A DNA stretch of 64,000 nt, taken from the NCBI GenBank assembly GCA_963821525.1, contig CAWGED010000004.1, forward strand, positions 320,001 through 384,000. Direction: 5' to 3'. Of the stretch, positions 61,530-64,000 are shown one piece after another. This stretch comes from an uncultured Gemmatimonadales bacterium (GTDB lineage: Bacteria; Gemmatimonadota; Gemmatimonadetes; Gemmatimonadales; GWC2-71-9). Numbering within the stretch: the first letter of the stretch is position 1; each line of letters opens with the position of its first letter. The notes below the pieces were generated by a model. That model made no database searches. It was given only the letters and a program-made list of their open reading frames with translations, and was not told the origin of the DNA. The position numbers were made by a program, and so were the translations under genes.

Positions 61530-62413
61530 CTACGAGTCCCTGATCACGGCACTGGCCGCCTGCTGGGCCTGCGCCTGCATCCGGTTCTTGAGTCCGAAGA
61601 GCGTCTCCAGCAGGTCGTGCCAGAAAGGAGCGCCGAGGCTCACCAGCAGCACCGACGCGACGATTCCGATCCACCACCGGTAGTCCCGCAAGCGCCAGTT
61701 CGCTGGAGAGCCAAGGAAGGCGCCGGACCCGATCGTGGAGCGGGCCACGTTCAGCACCGCGAGGTTCAAGCTGTCGCTGCGATGTCCGAGAGCCTGTTCA
61801 GGGAATCGCTACCGGCGCACCTTGAAGGAGTCCGCGACCGCTTGCGCCTGCTTCCTCGAGACCTTGAGTGACGCTGGTAGCCGAATCCACCCGCGCCCGG
61901 AACTCGGGGTCCATCCTCGCCTGCTGGAGGATGGTCAAGGCATCGGCATTGAGGCCCAGCACCACGATGGCGCTGGTCAGGACTCCCCATCCCCGCATGC
62001 GGCGGCGGTAGCGCTCTTCCACCGGCGCCATCGAGAGATCGAACCATTCGATGGCGCGGTCCGAGAGCTGCTTCAACTTGGAAGCGACAGTGGGATCGTT
62101 GGTCGCGGTCTGAATGAGTGACCGGAGCTTCTCGGGGGTTATCCAGTCGAGCCGGACCTTGTCCTTCCGCACCCCATCCTGCGCCAGGCCGCGGAGCCGC
62201 TCGACGATCTGCTCGAAGATCTTGTCGGTCTCCGCCTTGGAGAGACCCGTCGCCTTCCCGGATTCGCGGATACAGGCCCGCGATGGCATCTATCCGCGCC
62301 TTGCCCTTCAGGGCGAACATCACCTTCAGGATTTCCTGCAGGCTCTGCGCGGCGAGCGCCAGCACCAGCGCGGTGCCCACCAGGGAGAGCAGGACTTGCA
62401 ACAGACTCGACAT
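61530..62413 (-). CDS. Membrane protein with SLGAPFW motif; frameshifts near 62280 and 61780
   Basis: N-terminal TM, WFD..M..V.ERYRR, LNADALTI, GIVASVLLVSLGAPFWHDLL. Confidence 0.65.
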
Positions 62414-62436
62414 GCGACCTCCGCTCTGCTGAACCG

Positions 62437-62940
62437 CTATTCAACCACGAGTCCGGGAACAAACCGGCTGAGCAGCTTCAGTCCGATGGACATGACGAAG
62501 GGGAGACAGCCGTCCACCAGCGACCAGCCGAGGATGTAGCCGAGGTTTCCGGGGATGATGTGGAGGAAGTTGGGACCGTCCCAGGTCCCGAACAGGAGCT
62601 GCTCGATGTATTTCACGACCAGGCTGAGCGTGGTGAACGTGATGAACACCACGAGAGGAGAACGGCCCCGGGTCGCGAAGTAGAGCCAGGGGAACCCCAG
62701 GCCAATCCAGAAGAAGCTGTGGAGGAAGTTGTTGATCCACGGCAGGAAGGTCATCGCGCCGATCTTGAACAGCAGGAAATTCGTGATGAACGCGATGCTG
62801 AATCCCGCACCGCAGAGCAGCAGGAAGGTCTTGCGCTCGTCCTTGGTCAGCGTGCGGCCGCTGATGCTGATCACGACAAACAGCGCGGCGTAGAAGAGCA
62901 GGATCAGGGCGATGCGACCGGGTGTGAATGGAGGCGTCAT
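62437..62940 (-). CDS. Hypothetical integral membrane protein (about 5 TM)
   Basis: Strongly hydrophobic intact ORF with RBS. Confidence 0.75.
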   Translation of the reverse strand: MTPPFTPGRIALILLFYAALFVVISISGRTLTKDERKTFLLLCGAGFSIAFITNFLLFKIGAMTFLPWINNFLHSFFWIGLGFPWLYFATRGRSPLVVFITFTTLSLVVKYIEQLLFGTWDGPNFLHIIPGNLGYILGWSLVDGCLPFVMSIGLKLLSRFVPGLVVE

Positions 62941-62964
62941 GTCGGCTTCCTCTCGCTTGGGCGG

Positions 62965-64000
62965 TCAGACGTAGGTCTTGCGCCGGATTCCGTTCCAGAG
63001 GTCCAGGGTGGGGCCACGATCGGCCCGCGCGGTCTTGTCCTCTTCGGTCTTGTAGAAGAAGGCCATCGTCATCTGGGAGGCCGTCGAGAAGCCGTCGCGC
63101 GAGGCGGTACGCTGGATGAGCGGCAGGAGGGTGCCGGTGTTGATGTACATCCGCACCCTTCCATCGAGTGCCGCACCGAAGGCGATGTGGCGGGCCTTGT
63201 GGGTGTGACCGTACAGCACGTACTGGATCGGGCCGGGCGGGTTGGCCGTCCAGAATCTCCAGATTTCCTCCTCCTCTGCGCCCTCCGCGCACTCGTCCTT
63301 GTCCGGTGTGACCTTGTCCACCAGTCCCTGCAGCTTGCTGAGCGAGTTGACTCGCCCGCGAAATTCATCGAAGGAATTGCCCAGCACGTGATTCTTGAGC
63401 AGGGCCAGCCGGTCAGTGAGATCGCCCTGGAGAAGAAGGTCGGTCACCAGACGGTCCCACTTTTTGGCGAGCGAGGACTGCAGCACCCCATCGAGCGATT
63501 GCTTCATCGCCTGGTGCAGTGCCTGCTTGTAGCCGGGGAGCTGATCGCGGGCGAACCACTCGAGCCAGGGGAACACGTCGAGAGTGGGCCGGATGTTGTT
63601 GATGTCCTTGAACGCCTCGATGAACTGGGGGAAATCGGGGACGTTGCCCGGCTGCGCCGCCCGGGCGAAGTGCACCAGGCCCGACATCAGCTCCGCGGTC
63701 ACCACCTCTCCGATCGCCATGATCTGGTAGTCCCGGGCGTCGAAGCGGCCGAGCTGGGGCGTGCTGTCCGGCCGGAGCACCTTGTTGTAGAAGGTGAAAC
63801 CGTGGCAGTTCTCGTCCCACTCGTGGCCGTGCCGGGCGAGTACGCCGTACTCGTCTGCCTTGAACAGGTTGGCGAACTCGATACCCGGCAGAACGGCGCG
63901 CACCTGTTGTTGCAGGGCGGGGAAGTTGTTGAAGACCCGGTCGTGGGTTTCCCGACGACGAGGGTGAGTTTGGCCGGCAGGTTGGTGAGGGCCGAGAGTC
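62965..64000 (-). CDS. Calcineurin-like metallophosphoesterase, 5' part outside the window; indel near 63945
   Basis: G(N)HD region near 63945, HGHEWD, YGHTH, YINTGT motifs. Confidence 0.8.
   Translation of the reverse strand, partial: TLGPHQPAGQTHPRRRETHDRVFNNFPALQQQVRAVLPGIEFANLFKADEYGVLARHGHEWDENCHGFTFYNKVLRPDSTPQLGRFDARDYQIMAIGEVVTAELMSGLVHFARAAQPGNVPDFPQFIEAFKDINNIRPTLDVFPWLEWFARDQLPGYKQALHQAMKQSLDGVLQSSLAKKWDRLVTDLLLQGDLTDRLALLKNHVLGNSFDEFRGRVNSLSKLQGLVDKVTPDKDECAEGAEEEEIWRFWTANPPGPIQYVLYGHTHKARHIAFGAALDGRVRMYINTGTLLPLIQRTASRDGFSTASQMTMAFFYKTEEDKTARADRGPTLDLWNGIRRKTYV

Noticed and set aside
343..64000. About 15-20 frameshifted genes as pseudogenes or programmed frameshifts
   Set aside because: Single-base indels are scattered across unrelated genes, several in homopolymers (e.g. 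the mqnD G-run), with no in-frame stops or decay; long-read error is the simplest explanation. Read polishing would confirm.

Overview
GC-rich bacterial chromosomal segment. Gene content suggests Gemmatimonadota (inference only). About 15-20 genes carry single-base frameshifts that look like long-read indel errors. From left to right: a partial four-helix-bundle gene; a phytoene-desaturase-family oxidoreductase; a polyamine uptake/catabolism cluster (potABCD, gabT, class-III aminotransferase, PuuB-like oxidase, Tat-exported second PotD, patA); an outer-membrane barrel gene; an RND/TolC/MFP efflux operon; envelope and housekeeping genes (M14 peptidase, bcp, OmpA-TSP3, TolB-like, lepB, MFS, csp, ogt, YhaM-like, YceI, lemA, htpX, PlsB-like, mqnD, glnA); several signalling proteins; and a 9-kb minus-strand operon of uncharacterised genes at the right end. 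Three observations stand out. (1) About 15 intergenic arrays of degenerate 7-nt (also 8- and 9-nt) tandem repeats, mostly arranged as inverted pairs, frequently supply the stop or start codons of flanking genes, and one overlaps the four-helix-bundle gene. (2) A complete unannotated attenuator architecture (promoter, leaderless 16-codon uORF, alternative antiterminator/terminator) lies upstream of the barrel gene. (3) The right-end operon combines a metallophosphoesterase, membrane proteins, a LysM-M15 peptidase, a probable outer-membrane protein and a 1209-aa receptor-like membrane protein. No rRNA, tRNA, CRISPR array or transposase was recognised.
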